Source of the DNA: an uncultured Alphaproteobacteria bacterium
GTDB taxonomy: Bacteria > Pseudomonadota > Alphaproteobacteria > ATCC43930 > CGMCC-115725
NCBI GenBank assembly: GCA_963730745.1
Contig: CAVSTA010000025.1
Span: 1 to 64,000, forward strand
DNA: 64,000 nucleotides
Direction: 5' to 3'
The position numbers and the translations under genes are program-made. Shown in pieces: positions 51,216 to 61,196 of the stretch (the stretch's first letter is position 1; every line of letters starts with the position of its first letter). The notes beneath the pieces were generated by a model. It ran no database searches. It saw only the letters and a list, made by a program, of their open reading frames with translations, and was not told the DNA's origin.

Positions 51216-51584
51216 ATGAACCGCCGTATCGACGCTCACATCGCCCGTACGCAATTCGGACAGATTATGGACATGGCGACCAAAAACAATGAGCGGTTCA
51301 TCGTCGACCGCCGCGGCGAGCCGGCTGTCGTTATTATGAGCGTGCAGGATTTCATTCATACGGCGGCACCGCCGCCCGACTGGCTGGAGAAAGCCTGGAC
51401 CGGCGCCAAACAACGCGGGCTCGGCAAGTTGACGCCGGCCGATATCGATGACGAGATCGCTGCCTACCGGCGCGGGCGCCGGCGGGCCGTCGTGATCCGG
51501 GCGGTTATCGACACCGATGTGCTGGTTTCCGGCCGATCGTCGCCCCCGCGAAAGCCGGGGTTCCAGAGCTTGCCCCTGGCTTAA
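51216..51584 (+). pseudogene. Phd/YefM antitoxin fused in frame to the first ~15 aa of a VapC toxin that is cut off by a REP element
   Basis: MNRRIDAHIARTQFGQIMDMATKNNERFIVDRRGEPAVVIMSVQDF (Phd) ... AVVIRAVIDTDVLVSG (PIN start), then SSPPRKPGF (REP translation). Confidence 0.5.
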
Positions 51585-51599
51585 ACAGGGGGCCGGCGA

Positions 51600-51645
51600 C
51601 GGAGTGTATGGTTCCTAAATTCCCGCTTTCGCGGGAATGACGGTG
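51600..51645. repeat. REP element of the 'VIPAKAGI' family (ttcccgctttcgcgggaatgac)
   Basis: Palindrome; truncates both the vapC remnant and the NmrA-like remnant. Confidence 0.55.
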
Positions 51646-51649
51646 TAAG

Positions 51650-52024
51650 CTGCCGAGCGAGCGGCGTCAGTTTGTTTCTAACGGCGGAGCCATTCGTCGA
51701 GACCGATATGGCCGAGGCGCGCTTCGCCCAACGGCACGAGCGAGCGCTCCTCGACGCGGCCGCCGAAGTATTGGGCCTCGGCGTCGCGCACGACCTCACG
51801 CGGGTCGCTGACCGCCTTCAGATAGCGGGCGACGATTTCGTTGTACGGTGCTCGTTCCGATCACCACCGGCGCGCCGCGCCATGGCCTCTTTGAGCCCCT
51901 CGCCGGTGATGCTGTTGACGCCGCTTTTGGGCGAGCCGGCGACGACCTCTTGACCGCCCTGGCGCAGAATGGCGACGGTCTTCGAGCCGATCAGGCCGGT
52001 GCCGCCGATGACGACGATCTTCAT
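51650..52024 (-). pseudogene. NmrA/SDR-type NAD(P)H-binding protein remnant (N-terminal ~120 aa, frameshifted)
   Basis: MKIVVIGGTGLIGSKTVAILRQGGQEVVAGSPKSGVNSITGEGLKEAM..., then a frame change and loss of the C-terminal half. Confidence 0.5.
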
Positions 52025-52464
52025 GCCTCAACTCCTGGTTCGTCGCATGCGAGAATGTGTCCTGGCTCCCTCAAGATGAGGTAGCGCACGGTGATGTGAC
52101 ATGGCTGTGGAAGAATTTTCCGCCCTCGTGTGACTGCTGTGGGGCATATCCTGGCAGCTTGATGAAGCATCGCTAGGGGGCCGATGGTCGCGTTCGCCGG
52201 CGAGCGGGCCTCCCGCAATGACCCCGAAATTTCCCGCATTTGGCTCGTAATATGAAAGGGGTCCAGATCGGCGGACTGCGTGGCGGTCCGGGCACGCGGG
52301 GCGGAACGGTAAGCCGTTGACCAGACCAGGTTTGTCGAATTCGCGACAACTCATGCGGGTAATTGGCTGTAAATTCTCTGCAGAAAACAGCGAGAACAGC
52401 CAAAGCGGCACAAACACAGGTTGCAGGCAACGACTGAGTGCGGCAGCCGGAAAGGAGGCGGGGA

Positions 52465-52685
52465 TGGCGCTTCACTTTACACGCGATGAATTTGCCGCGC
52501 GACAGAGGCGCGCCTGCGCAGAGATGGCCAGCGCCGGGCTCGACGGTCTCTTAATCTTCCGCCAGGAGAGCATGTATTGGCTGACCGGGTATGACACCAG
52601 CGGCTGCAGCGATGCGGTGCAATTGGACGCCTGCCTTCGTGCATCCGCTCGCGCCCGCGCACGGCAGGCGTCCGAAAACCCTTAG
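52465..52685 (+). pseudogene. N-terminal fragment of an M24-family (creatinase/prolidase N-domain) hydrolase
   Basis: MALHFTRDEFAARQRRACAEMASAGLDGLLIFRQESMYWLTGYDTSG, then unrelated sequence and a stop. Confidence 0.4.
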
Positions 52686-53149
52686 CGTTAGCGGCCGTTC
52701 GCCGGCCGTCACCGCTCGATTAAAAATCGACCCAGAAGACATTAGACGGTCACGGAATACAGAGTTGTGTCGGATCGCCGCCCGGGTGATCCTAGTCTCT
52801 AGGACGCCAAGGACCAGCGCACTCCAGGGGAGGAACGCATGGGAATGACGCGAAACGCTTCGCGGCGCGAGTGTGCTCACAGTTATCACAATGGCCCCAA
52901 TCGGCCTGGTTCGCGCCACTTCGAGCTACTGCCGTTCTGCGCAGCAAATGTCCCCACAATCGGCGCGGCGGCTCTTGGACGGCGGGGGCCGTCGTTGCGG
53001 ATTGATCGCTGCTCAGCCGAGGCCAGCAAAAGTCTGACAATTAGCAACTACGTCGTGTAGGGGGTATCGGGTAGCCTGCGTCCAGCGCCAAGTTCTCCCC
53101 ATCGGCCACCGGGCAACTCACCGCTGACTACTGAACTAAGGAGTGCGCA

Positions 53150-53702
53150 AATGTCGGGGCCGTTCCTCCCACATTGAACCATACGAGAGCGGTATGCTCG
53201 ATGGGGGCGATGGGCATCAGGTCTACTGCGAGTGCTGCGGGAATCCCGCTGGCAAGCCCGCGCTGTACCTGCAAGGTGGTCCCGGTTCAGGCTGCTCGCA
53301 GGTCAGCGGCGGTTCTTTGATCCTCACCTCTACCGTGCCGTGCTGGTGGATCAACGCGGGTCAGGGCGCAGCCGACCACTGGCGAATGCACCCGACGCCG
53401 ACCTCAACAGCAACACCGCTGCCCACCTGATCGCCGACATCGTGGCATTACGTGAGATGCACGGCGTGGATCGCTGGACCATTTTGGGTCTGTCCTGGGG
53501 CACCACCCTCGGCCTGGCATATGCCCAGGCTTACTCTCACCGAGTGAACACCCTGGTGCTGGGCTTCGTAACCGCCACCTCCCGCCGCGAGGTGCAATGG
53601 ATCACCGAGGCTATCTATAGCAGGCTGAATTGTATCGCCGCCACGTCGCGTGAATGTCGCAAATGGGGCACGAGTTGCCATCGTGGCCTACCCAGCGAAT
53701 AA
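53150..53702 (+). pseudogene. pip: Proline iminopeptidase (S33 alpha/beta hydrolase), frameshifted and C-terminally truncated
   Basis: HIEPYESGMLDGGDGHQVYCECCGNPAGKPALYLQGGPGSG / FFDPHLYRAVLVDQRGSGRS...ILGLSWGTTLGLAYAQ. Confidence 0.55.
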
Positions 53703-53825
53703 CCGTTTAAAGGGTCGACAACGGTAGTCGTAACTGGGTGCTGAACGTCGGATTTCATCACTTGTTGCCCGGCGACAGGCGGCGGTCCACAATCGGCCGC
53801 ACCTGACCAAGGGGAGGACGGATGG

Positions 53826-55040
53826 ATGATCGAACAGACCACGCGGCGCCGGCCGCTGTCGCGCCGCGGCCTGCTCGCCGGGACGGCGGGGTTGGCCGGC
53901 GCTGCGGCGCTTTCCTCCCGCGGCTCGCGGGCGCAGCAAAACGCGGAGCTCGGGACCCCAGCGACCGTTATCAGCAACCCGCCGCGCGACTTTGCGCGCG
54001 GCCATCCGTCGATCTATCCGGACCCCGACGTGATCGTCGTCGACCCGTCGTTTCTGCCGCTGCGGCGCAGTCAGGGGGCGATCTACCGGGTGTGGACCGG
54101 CGCGCTGTGGGCGGAGGGACCGGCGTGGTCGAGCCAGGGCCGCTACGTCGTTTTCAGCGATGTCTCGGGCGATGTGCAGTACCGCTACATCTGGGACGAC
54201 GGAAGAGTCACCGTGTTCCGCCGGCCGTCCTACAACAGCAACGGCAACACGTTCGATTTCCAAGGCCGGCAAATCTCGTGTGAGGACTTCAATCGCCGCG
54301 TGATCCGGTGGGAGCATGACGGCTCGGCGACGGTCATTGCCGACTCCTACGACGGCAAGCCATTGAACTCACCAAACGACGTCGTGCCGCATCCCGACGG
54401 CAGCATCTGGTTCACCGATCCGCCCTACGGGGGCTCGCTCGCGGAGGGTCATCCGGACGAGCCGGGCGGAGCGAGCAACCCGCAGGGCCTGTTCAATCCG
54501 CGGCTCGGCGCCGAGACTGCGTTCGCGCTCGGCGGGCGCCGGCGGGAATTGTCGACGAACGTCTATCGCTGGGACCCGAGCGGTCGGCTGGATGTGGTGA
54601 TCACAGAGGACCGGCTCGCCGACCCCAACGGCATCTGCTTCTCGCCGGACTACAAGACGCTCTACGTGATCAGCACAGGCAAAGGCCCCGGTGACGCTGG
54701 ACCGGGCGGCACGCGCTCAATCTATGCTTTTGACGTGCAGGGCACCAAAATCGTGAACATGCGGCTTTTCACCGACATGACTGTCGACGGGGTCAAATGC
54801 GGGCCGGACGGCATGCGCGCCGATGTCACCGGCAATCTGTGGTGCAGCTCCAGTGCGCCGCTCGGCTATGCCGGCGTGCTCGTGCTCAACCCGGCAGGCA
54901 AGCTGATCGGCCGCATTCGACTTCCCGAAGTGTGCGCCAATCTGTGTTTCGGCGGCCCCAAGCGCGACCGCCTATTCATGGCCGCGAGCCAGTCGCTTTA
55001 CATGATGCAGGTAGCGACGCAAGGGGCCGCTCCCGGCTGA
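53826..55040 (+). CDS. Tat-secreted SMP-30/gluconolactonase/LRE-family protein (intact paralog)
   Basis: RRRPLSRRGLLAGTAGLAGAAALS is a Tat signal; SNGNTFDFQGRQ, DSYDGKPLNSPNDVVPHPDGSIWFTDP, GNLWCS. Confidence 0.75.
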   Translation: MIEQTTRRRPLSRRGLLAGTAGLAGAAALSSRGSRAQQNAELGTPATVISNPPRDFARGHPSIYPDPDVIVVDPSFLPLRRSQGAIYRVWTGALWAEGPAWSSQGRYVVFSDVSGDVQYRYIWDDGRVTVFRRPSYNSNGNTFDFQGRQISCEDFNRRVIRWEHDGSATVIADSYDGKPLNSPNDVVPHPDGSIWFTDPPYGGSLAEGHPDEPGGASNPQGLFNPRLGAETAFALGGRRRELSTNVYRWDPSGRLDVVITEDRLADPNGICFSPDYKTLYVISTGKGPGDAGPGGTRSIYAFDVQGTKIVNMRLFTDMTVDGVKCGPDGMRADVTGNLWCSSSAPLGYAGVLVLNPAGKLIGRIRLPEVCANLCFGGPKRDRLFMAASQSLYMMQVATQGAAPG

Positions 55041-55115
55041 TTGCGAGCCATAAAGCTGCGATTCTCTTCTCTGGATACAGACCGATGCGACGATAAGGCT
55101 TATTGAACCAAGGGG

Positions 55116-55559
55116 ATGTTGAATATGTCGGAACGAGTTGTTGCGGCCGCCTGGCTATTTGGCTGTTTGTCGATTGTAGCGAGTCCTCAAATCGCGGCGG
55201 CCGGCACGCCGCCGGAGGTTTTGCTGGTACAAGCCCAGCCTCCTGCGCAGCCGCCAAATGTCGAGGCCAATATTGCGAGCCTCCATCAAAGGCTGCAAAT
55301 CATGCCGGCGCAGGAAGCCCAGTTCAACGCCGTCGCCAATGTCATGCGGCAGAATGCCCGGGCGGAGGCGAGCGCGCCGCAGTCGCCGCCGGCGAACGCG
55401 AGTGCTGTCGACCATCTGCGCGCCGAGCTTCAGTACGACGAGGTGGAACTCGCCGGAATGAAACGGTTGCTGCCGGCGCTGGAAGCGCTGTACGCGACCC
55501 TGTCGCCCACGCAACGGCAAACCGCCAACGCGATCTTTAGCCAGGGTCCGGGAGGATGA
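55116..55559 (+). CDS. Periplasmic LTXXQ-motif (CpxP/Spy-like) protein
   Basis: Signal peptide; Gln/Ala-rich; MPAQEAQ and LSPTQRQ motifs. Confidence 0.45.
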   Translation: MLNMSERVVAAAWLFGCLSIVASPQIAAAGTPPEVLLVQAQPPAQPPNVEANIASLHQRLQIMPAQEAQFNAVANVMRQNARAEASAPQSPPANASAVDHLRAELQYDEVELAGMKRLLPALEALYATLSPTQRQTANAIFSQGPGG

Positions 55560-55638
55560 CGAAGAATGCGCGGGCATAGCCAGACCGCGCGGTCCCGTGC
55601 ACTATGGCGGCGGTCGGAGTGGCAGGGGAGCGGGCGGC

Positions 55639-57072
55639 ATGTTTGATCTGATTGTGAGCGGCGGCAAGGCGGTGATGCCGAGCGGCAACGCAGAGCGCGC
55701 CGATATCGGCGTCAGCGGCGGAAAAATCGCTGCGGTCGGCGGGCCGGGAAGCCTCTCGGACATCGGCGCCGCACGAGTTGTCGATGCCGCGGGACAGATC
55801 GTGATGCCAGGTGGGGTCGACCCGCATATCCATTGCAGCTCGCCGATCCCGTTCCCCGGCCGCAACGAGGATCTCTTGAGCGCGCCGCCGGAGCAGGTCA
55901 GTCGCGCCGCTCTCCATGGCGGCACGACCACCCTGCTCGATTTCGCACCGTGCCCGCCGGACCAGCCGCTGCAGCAATCGATCGAGCTGCGCAAGCGCGA
56001 ATGGGCCGGGGCCTGCTACTGCGACTACGGCTTTCACCTGCTGCTGCACGGCAAACTGTCACAAGGCGTGCTCGACCCGCTGCCGGAGGCGATCCAGGAC
56101 GGCCACGCCTCGGTCAAAATGTTCACGACCGACATCCGGCCCAACCGGCAAGGGCGGATGGTGCAGTTCGGCGACATCTGGGAGGTGTTCAAGATCCTGG
56201 GCGCGGCGGGGGGCCTCGCCGCGATCCATGCCGAGGACAACGACATCGTCATGCACATGTACGAAAAGCTGATCCGCGAGGACCGGGTCGGATTCGAGAA
56301 CATGGCCGAAGTGCACAACACCTTGTCCGAGGATCTGTCTTTCAACCGCGTCATCCGGCTGGCCGAAAATGTCGAGGGCGCCGCGCTCTACATGGTGCAT
56401 GTGTCGGCCGCGACCGGGGTCGCCGCGATCGCGGCGTCTCGAGCGCGGGGATTTCCGATCTACGGCGAAACCCTGCACCAATACCTGCTCTACACCGCCG
56501 AGGACTACAAGCGCCCGGGCGGCCAGATGTTCCACACATATCCGTCGCTCAAATTCGCGAAGGACCAGGAGGCATTGTGGGCAGCGACCAATCACGGCGC
56601 GATCCAGTCGGTCGCGACCGACGAGGTGTGCTGCCCGTTGAGGATCAAATTGCAGGGGCGGCGCATCGACGACACGACCGGCGGCAACTCCGGGGTCGAG
56701 CCCCGGCTGTCGCTGATGTACACGCACATGGTCGAGAAGCGCGGCTACACCCTCGCCGATTTCGTCGGGCTGACCTCGGCCAACGCGGCGCGCATCATGG
56801 GCCTTTACCCACGCAAAGGCGCATTGGCGGTCGGCTCGGACGCCGACATCGTGCTGCTCGACCCGCGCGCCCGGCGGGTCATACGCAAAGAGGATCTGCA
56901 CGAGACCGACTACACGCCATGGGAGGGCCACGAAGTCGCCGCCTGGCCGAGCATGACGATCCTGCGCGGCAAAATCGCCGTCGAAGGCGGCCAATTTCAC
57001 GCCAGCCTCAGCGACGGCCAGTTCCTGCCGCGCAAAATCCCCGACGAAATCCGCTCCCGCCCTGCTGTTTGA
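55639..57072 (+). CDS. Cyclic amidohydrolase of the dihydropyrimidinase/hydantoinase family
   Basis: IVMPGGVDPHIHC...; 478 aa; DADIVLLDP; amidohydrolase superfamily metal ligands. Confidence 0.7.
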   Translation: MFDLIVSGGKAVMPSGNAERADIGVSGGKIAAVGGPGSLSDIGAARVVDAAGQIVMPGGVDPHIHCSSPIPFPGRNEDLLSAPPEQVSRAALHGGTTTLLDFAPCPPDQPLQQSIELRKREWAGACYCDYGFHLLLHGKLSQGVLDPLPEAIQDGHASVKMFTTDIRPNRQGRMVQFGDIWEVFKILGAAGGLAAIHAEDNDIVMHMYEKLIREDRVGFENMAEVHNTLSEDLSFNRVIRLAENVEGAALYMVHVSAATGVAAIAASRARGFPIYGETLHQYLLYTAEDYKRPGGQMFHTYPSLKFAKDQEALWAATNHGAIQSVATDEVCCPLRIKLQGRRIDDTTGGNSGVEPRLSLMYTHMVEKRGYTLADFVGLTSANAARIMGLYPRKGALAVGSDADIVLLDPRARRVIRKEDLHETDYTPWEGHEVAAWPSMTILRGKIAVEGGQFHASLSDGQFLPRKIPDEIRSRPAV

Positions 57073-57103
57073 AACCAGGCGCGGGTCGCAGATCGCGCTT
57101 GAC

Positions 57104-57868
57104 TCAGCCGCGGTCCCCGCAGGTCGGGCAGTCCGGGTCCTTGTTGATGCGGATCGAATGGAAGCGGGCGCGCAGCGCGTCATAGAGAAGAAGGGTGCCG
57201 TCGAGGTTCTCGCCGAGCTGCAGGAGCTCCTTCAGCACCTCGACCGCCTGCAAGGTGCCGAGCACGCCGGCGACGGCGCCGAGAATGCCGGCGGTCTCGC
57301 AACGCGGCACGAGGTCGGGCGGCGGGGGGTCGCGGAAGAGGCAGCGGTAGCAAGGGTGGCCGGCGCCGAGGTAGGGCTTGAAGGTCGACAGCTGGCCCTC
57401 GAAGGGGGACAGCGCCGCCGCCACCAGAGGCTTTTCGAGCCGGCAGCAAATATCCGTCAGCAGGTAGCGCGTCTCGAAATTGTCGCTGCCGTCCGCGACG
57501 AGGTCGTAGTCGCGGATCATTGCCTCGGCATTATCCGGGCCGAGTTGCAGCGGGTGGGTTTCGACCTGCACGCCCGGATTGACCGCGGCGAGCGTGTGCC
57601 GGGCGCTGTCGACCTTGAACGCGCCGATACGGTCGGTCGCGTGCACGATCTGCCGCTGCAGGTTGGTCAGGTCAACGCGGTCGGCATCGGTAATGCCGAG
57701 CGTTCCAACTCCCGCCGCGGCGAGATAGAGCAGCAACGGCGAACCGAGGCCGCCGGCGCCGACGACGAGGACGCGCGCTGACAGCAATCTGATCTGTCCC
57801 TCCTCGCCGACCTCGTCGAGGATCAGGTGCCTGGCATAGCGCTGAAACTGCTCCTCAGTAAGCTCCAT
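57104..57868 (-). CDS. moeB: MoeB/ThiF-family adenylyltransferase (E1-like)
   Basis: MELTEEQFQRYARHLIL...ARVLVVGAGGLGSP...GITDADRVDLTNLQRQ...CYRC...CPTCG. Confidence 0.7.
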   Translation of the reverse strand: MELTEEQFQRYARHLILDEVGEEGQIRLLSARVLVVGAGGLGSPLLLYLAAAGVGTLGITDADRVDLTNLQRQIVHATDRIGAFKVDSARHTLAAVNPGVQVETHPLQLGPDNAEAMIRDYDLVADGSDNFETRYLLTDICCRLEKPLVAAALSPFEGQLSTFKPYLGAGHPCYRCLFRDPPPPDLVPRCETAGILGAVAGVLGTLQAVEVLKELLQLGENLDGTLLLYDALRARFHSIRINKDPDCPTCGDRG

Positions 57869-57875
57869 GGGTGCC

Positions 57876-58853
57876 TCAGACACCGTCGAAGAGAACCGTC
57901 GACAGGTAACGCTCGGCAAAATCGGGCAACACTACGACGATCGTCTTCCCCGCCATATCGGGCCGCGCGCCGACTTCGAGAGCGGCGGCAAGCGCCGCCC
58001 CGGACGAGATCCCGACCGCGAGACCTTCGAGCCGGGCGGCGTCCCGTGCGCAGTTCACGGCGGTGTCGTTGCCGATCCGGACAATCTCGTCGATGAGGCT
58101 GGTATCGAGAACGTCTGGGATAAAGCCGGCGCCGATCCCTTGGATTCTGTGGGAGCCCGGGGGTCCGCCCGACAGCACCGCACTGTCCTCGGGCTCGACC
58201 GCGATCATCTTCAGACCGGGCTTGCGCGGCTTCAGAACCGAGCCGACACCGGTCAAGGTGCCGCCAGTCCCAACTCCGCTGACCACCACGTCCACCGCGC
58301 CATCGGTGTCCTTCCAGATCTCCTCGGCCGTGGTGCGGCGATGGATTTCGGGGTTTGCCGGGTTCTGGAATTGCTGTGGGATGAACGCGTCGGGCAGCGA
58401 TCCCGTGATCTCCTCCGCCTTGGCGATGGCCCCGCGCATTCCCTGCGCCGCAGGCGTAAGCTCGAGCTCGGCGCCGAGCAGCTTCAGCATCTTGCGCCGC
58501 TCGACCGACATGCTGTCCGGCATCGTCAAGATCAGCCGATAACCTTTGGCCGCACAGACGAAGGCGAGTGCGATGCCGGTGTTGCCGGAAGTCGGCTCTA
58601 CCATCACGGTCCCGGGTTTGATGCGACCGGCTGCCTCGGCCGCCGCGATCATCGAAACCCCGATCCGGTCCTTGACCGAGCCGAGCGGGTTGAAGAATTC
58701 GCACTTGGCCAGAATATCTGCCTTGGCTCCGGCTTTCTGCGCGAGCCGATGGAGGCGGACGAGCGGGGTCGCCCCGATCGTATCGGCGATGCTGTCATAG
58801 ACCCGGCCGCGAAACTCGCCGCTCTGCCCTCTGGTGCTGGTCGCGGTGTCCAT
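57876..58853 (-). CDS. cysK: Cysteine synthase (O-acetylserine sulfhydrylase)
   Basis: GATPLVRL...[11 protein letters not shown]...[14 protein letters not shown]...[10 protein letters not shown]. Confidence 0.8.
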   Translation of the reverse strand: MDTATSTRGQSGEFRGRVYDSIADTIGATPLVRLHRLAQKAGAKADILAKCEFFNPLGSVKDRIGVSMIAAAEAAGRIKPGTVMVEPTSGNTGIALAFVCAAKGYRLILTMPDSMSVERRKMLKLLGAELELTPAAQGMRGAIAKAEEITGSLPDAFIPQQFQNPANPEIHRRTTAEEIWKDTDGAVDVVVSGVGTGGTLTGVGSVLKPRKPGLKMIAVEPEDSAVLSGGPPGSHRIQGIGAGFIPDVLDTSLIDEIVRIGNDTAVNCARDAARLEGLAVGISSGAALAAALEVGARPDMAGKTIVVVLPDFAERYLSTVLFDGV

Positions 58854-58917
58854 CAGCCCTCTCCTTCTGCTGGTTGGAAATTGATTTAGCCGATTGCGAT
58901 TATCTAGGCTGGATCGC

Positions 58918-59373
58918 TCAAATCTCGAAATCGGTGTGCTCGGTAGTTCGGCCGGTAATGCCGGCGCGGTGAGCGCGACCACAGAGATCCTCCAGAGTTA
59001 ACGAGTTGAGCCGCTTCATCATCTCGTTCTGGAGATCGAGCCATAGCGGGCGCACGATCCGATGGCCGAGCGCGCTGCCGGCCGGGTCGGCGATCGGATC
59101 TTCCGCGGTCTCGAGCCCTTGCAACGTGCGCACGATGTCGCCAAGGCTGATGCGCCGCCGCTCGCGGGCGAGCCTATAGCCGCCGCTGGGGCCGCGGATC
59201 CCGAGAAGGATCTGGTGCCGGACCAGCTCCTGCAGAACCGGCTCCAGGTAGCGGCGCGGAATTCCCTGGCGCTCGGTAATCTCGGATGAACGCACCGGTG
59301 CGTGACCGCCATTGTAGGCAATGTCGAGCACCGCCTCGATGGCGAAAATCAGTTTCTTAGTTAAACGAATCAT
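58918..59373 (-). CDS. Rrf2-family transcriptional regulator
   Basis: [23 protein letters not shown]...[26 protein letters not shown]. Confidence 0.7.
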   Translation of the reverse strand: MIRLTKKLIFAIEAVLDIAYNGGHAPVRSSEITERQGIPRRYLEPVLQELVRHQILLGIRGPSGGYRLARERRRISLGDIVRTLQGLETAEDPIADPAGSALGHRIVRPLWLDLQNEMMKRLNSLTLEDLCGRAHRAGITGRTTEHTDFEI

Positions 59374-59419
59374 CTTCGCCCGAACCGCCACGCCGTGTTT
59401 CCGGGTGTGGGTCTGATTG

Positions 59420-59914
59420 TCACCCCGGAAGCGGATTGGGACAAGCGGCCTCGACGCCGGTCGAACCGAACCCGGCTTCCTGCCGGCCGCCCTCCCCCAA
59501 AAACGCCGGCACAATCACGAAGTCCGGCCGCGTAATGCGGGTAAAGACCAGCTGGGCAATGCGGTCCCCGGGCCGGATCTCGATGCTGTCGCCGTGCTGC
59601 GCCGGATTGCGGTTCCACGCCGAAATGAGGCAGGGTCCCTCGTAATCGGCGTCGATCACGCCGACCGTGTTGCCGAGAACCAGCCCCCGCTTGTGGCCGA
59701 GGCCCGAACGCGGCAGCACCAGCGCGCACCATTCGGGGTCGCCAATACGAAAGGCGATGCCGGCGGAGATCAGGGCGGCGGGCGCTTGCGGCTGCAGGAC
59801 GAGCGGACCGTCGAGGCAGGCGTGGAGGTCGAGCCCCGCCGCGAGGCGCGACCCTCGGCTCGGGAACCCCCAACCGGGCAGCCGAGGGTCGAGGATTTTC
59901 AGCTCGATCTTCAC
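59420..59914 (-). CDS. dut: dUTP diphosphatase
   Basis: ...LPRSGLGHKRGLVLGNTVGVIDADYEG...GDRIAQLVF. Confidence 0.8.
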   Translation of the reverse strand: MKIELKILDPRLPGWGFPSRGSRLAAGLDLHACLDGPLVLQPQAPAALISAGIAFRIGDPEWCALVLPRSGLGHKRGLVLGNTVGVIDADYEGPCLISAWNRNPAQHGDSIEIRPGDRIAQLVFTRITRPDFVIVPAFLGEGGRQEAGFGSTGVEAACPNPLPG

Positions 59915-59918
59915 CGCG

Positions 59919-61128
59919 TCACGCCCGCTGACGCCCGAGCGATCCGGCTATGCGATCGGCCAGCCGAGCGGCGACTTCCCGCTTTGTCATGACGGGCCAG
60001 TCTTCCACACCCGCCGCCTCCACCAGGTGGATCGTGTTGCGGTCGCCGCCGAAGGTGCCGGTTCCAAGCGAGACGTCATTGGCGAGAATCCAGTCGCAAA
60101 GCTTGCGTTTGAGCTTGAGGCGGGCGTTCTCGACGATCTCGTCGGTCTCCGCCGCAAAGCCGATGACGAGAGCGGGCCGGTCGTTGCCGCGCTGCGCGAT
60201 GCGGGACAGGATGTCCGGGTTCTCGGCAAGGCGGAGCACCGGCGGGCCGTCCCCGTCCTTTTTCAGCTTATGGAGGGCGGTGCTCTCGATCCGCCAATCG
60301 GCGACGGCCGCCGCCATCACCGCCACATCGACCGGGAGCGCGGCTTCGCAGGCGGCGAGCATTTCCGCCGCGGTCTCGACCGGCACAAGCTTGACCCCGG
60401 CGGGCGAGGGCTCGCTGCGTCGGTCCGGAAACGAGCACCGTCTCGGCGCCGAGCGCGGCCAAAGCTGCGGCGATGGCATGGCCCTGCTTGCCCGAGGAGT
60501 GGTTCGAGATGTAGCGCACCGGATCGATCGGCTCGCGGGTCGGCCCGCTCGTAACGAGCGCCCGCTTTCCGGCTAGCCTTTTATCGCCAACCAGCACGTG
60601 CTCGATTGCCGCGATGATCTCCAGCGGCTCAGACATGCGGCCAGACCCGACCTCTCCGCAGGCGAGCTCACCCGAACCGGGGCCGACGCGTACGACGCCG
60701 CGCGCATCGAGTGTTGCGAGGTTCGCCTGGGTCGCCGGATGCTCCCACATCATCAGATTCATCGTCGGGGCGATCAGCACCGGCTTGTCGGAGGCGAGCA
60801 GAGCGGTCGTCGCGAGATCGTCGGCGAGCCCCGCCGCCATACGGGCGATCAGATCGGCGCTCGCCGGCGCGACCACCACGAGATCGGCTTCGCGCGACAG
60901 CCGGATATGACCCATCTCGCTCTCGTCGGTCAGCGACCAGAGGTCGTCATAGACCTTGTCCTCGCTCAGCGAGGCAACCGACAGCGGCGTCACAAAGTGC
61001 TTCGCCGCAGCGGTCATGATGCAGCGAACCGCGGCGCCGCGCTCGCGCAGCCGGCGGATCAAGTCGAGGCTCTTATAGGCGGCAATCCCGCCGGAAATGA
61101 TCAGCAGAATGCGCCGGTCCTGAAGCAA
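59919..61128 (-). CDS. coaBC: Bifunctional phosphopantothenoylcysteine decarboxylase / phosphopantothenate-cysteine ligase (one frameshift near 60420)
   Basis: [14 protein letters not shown]...; ...[27 protein letters not shown]. Confidence 0.75.
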
Positions 61129-61196
61129 GTCGGCCCTCCGATCCTGTCAGCCGAGGTCAATATGATACTGCCCGGTGGCAAGGGCGAGAGCTATCG

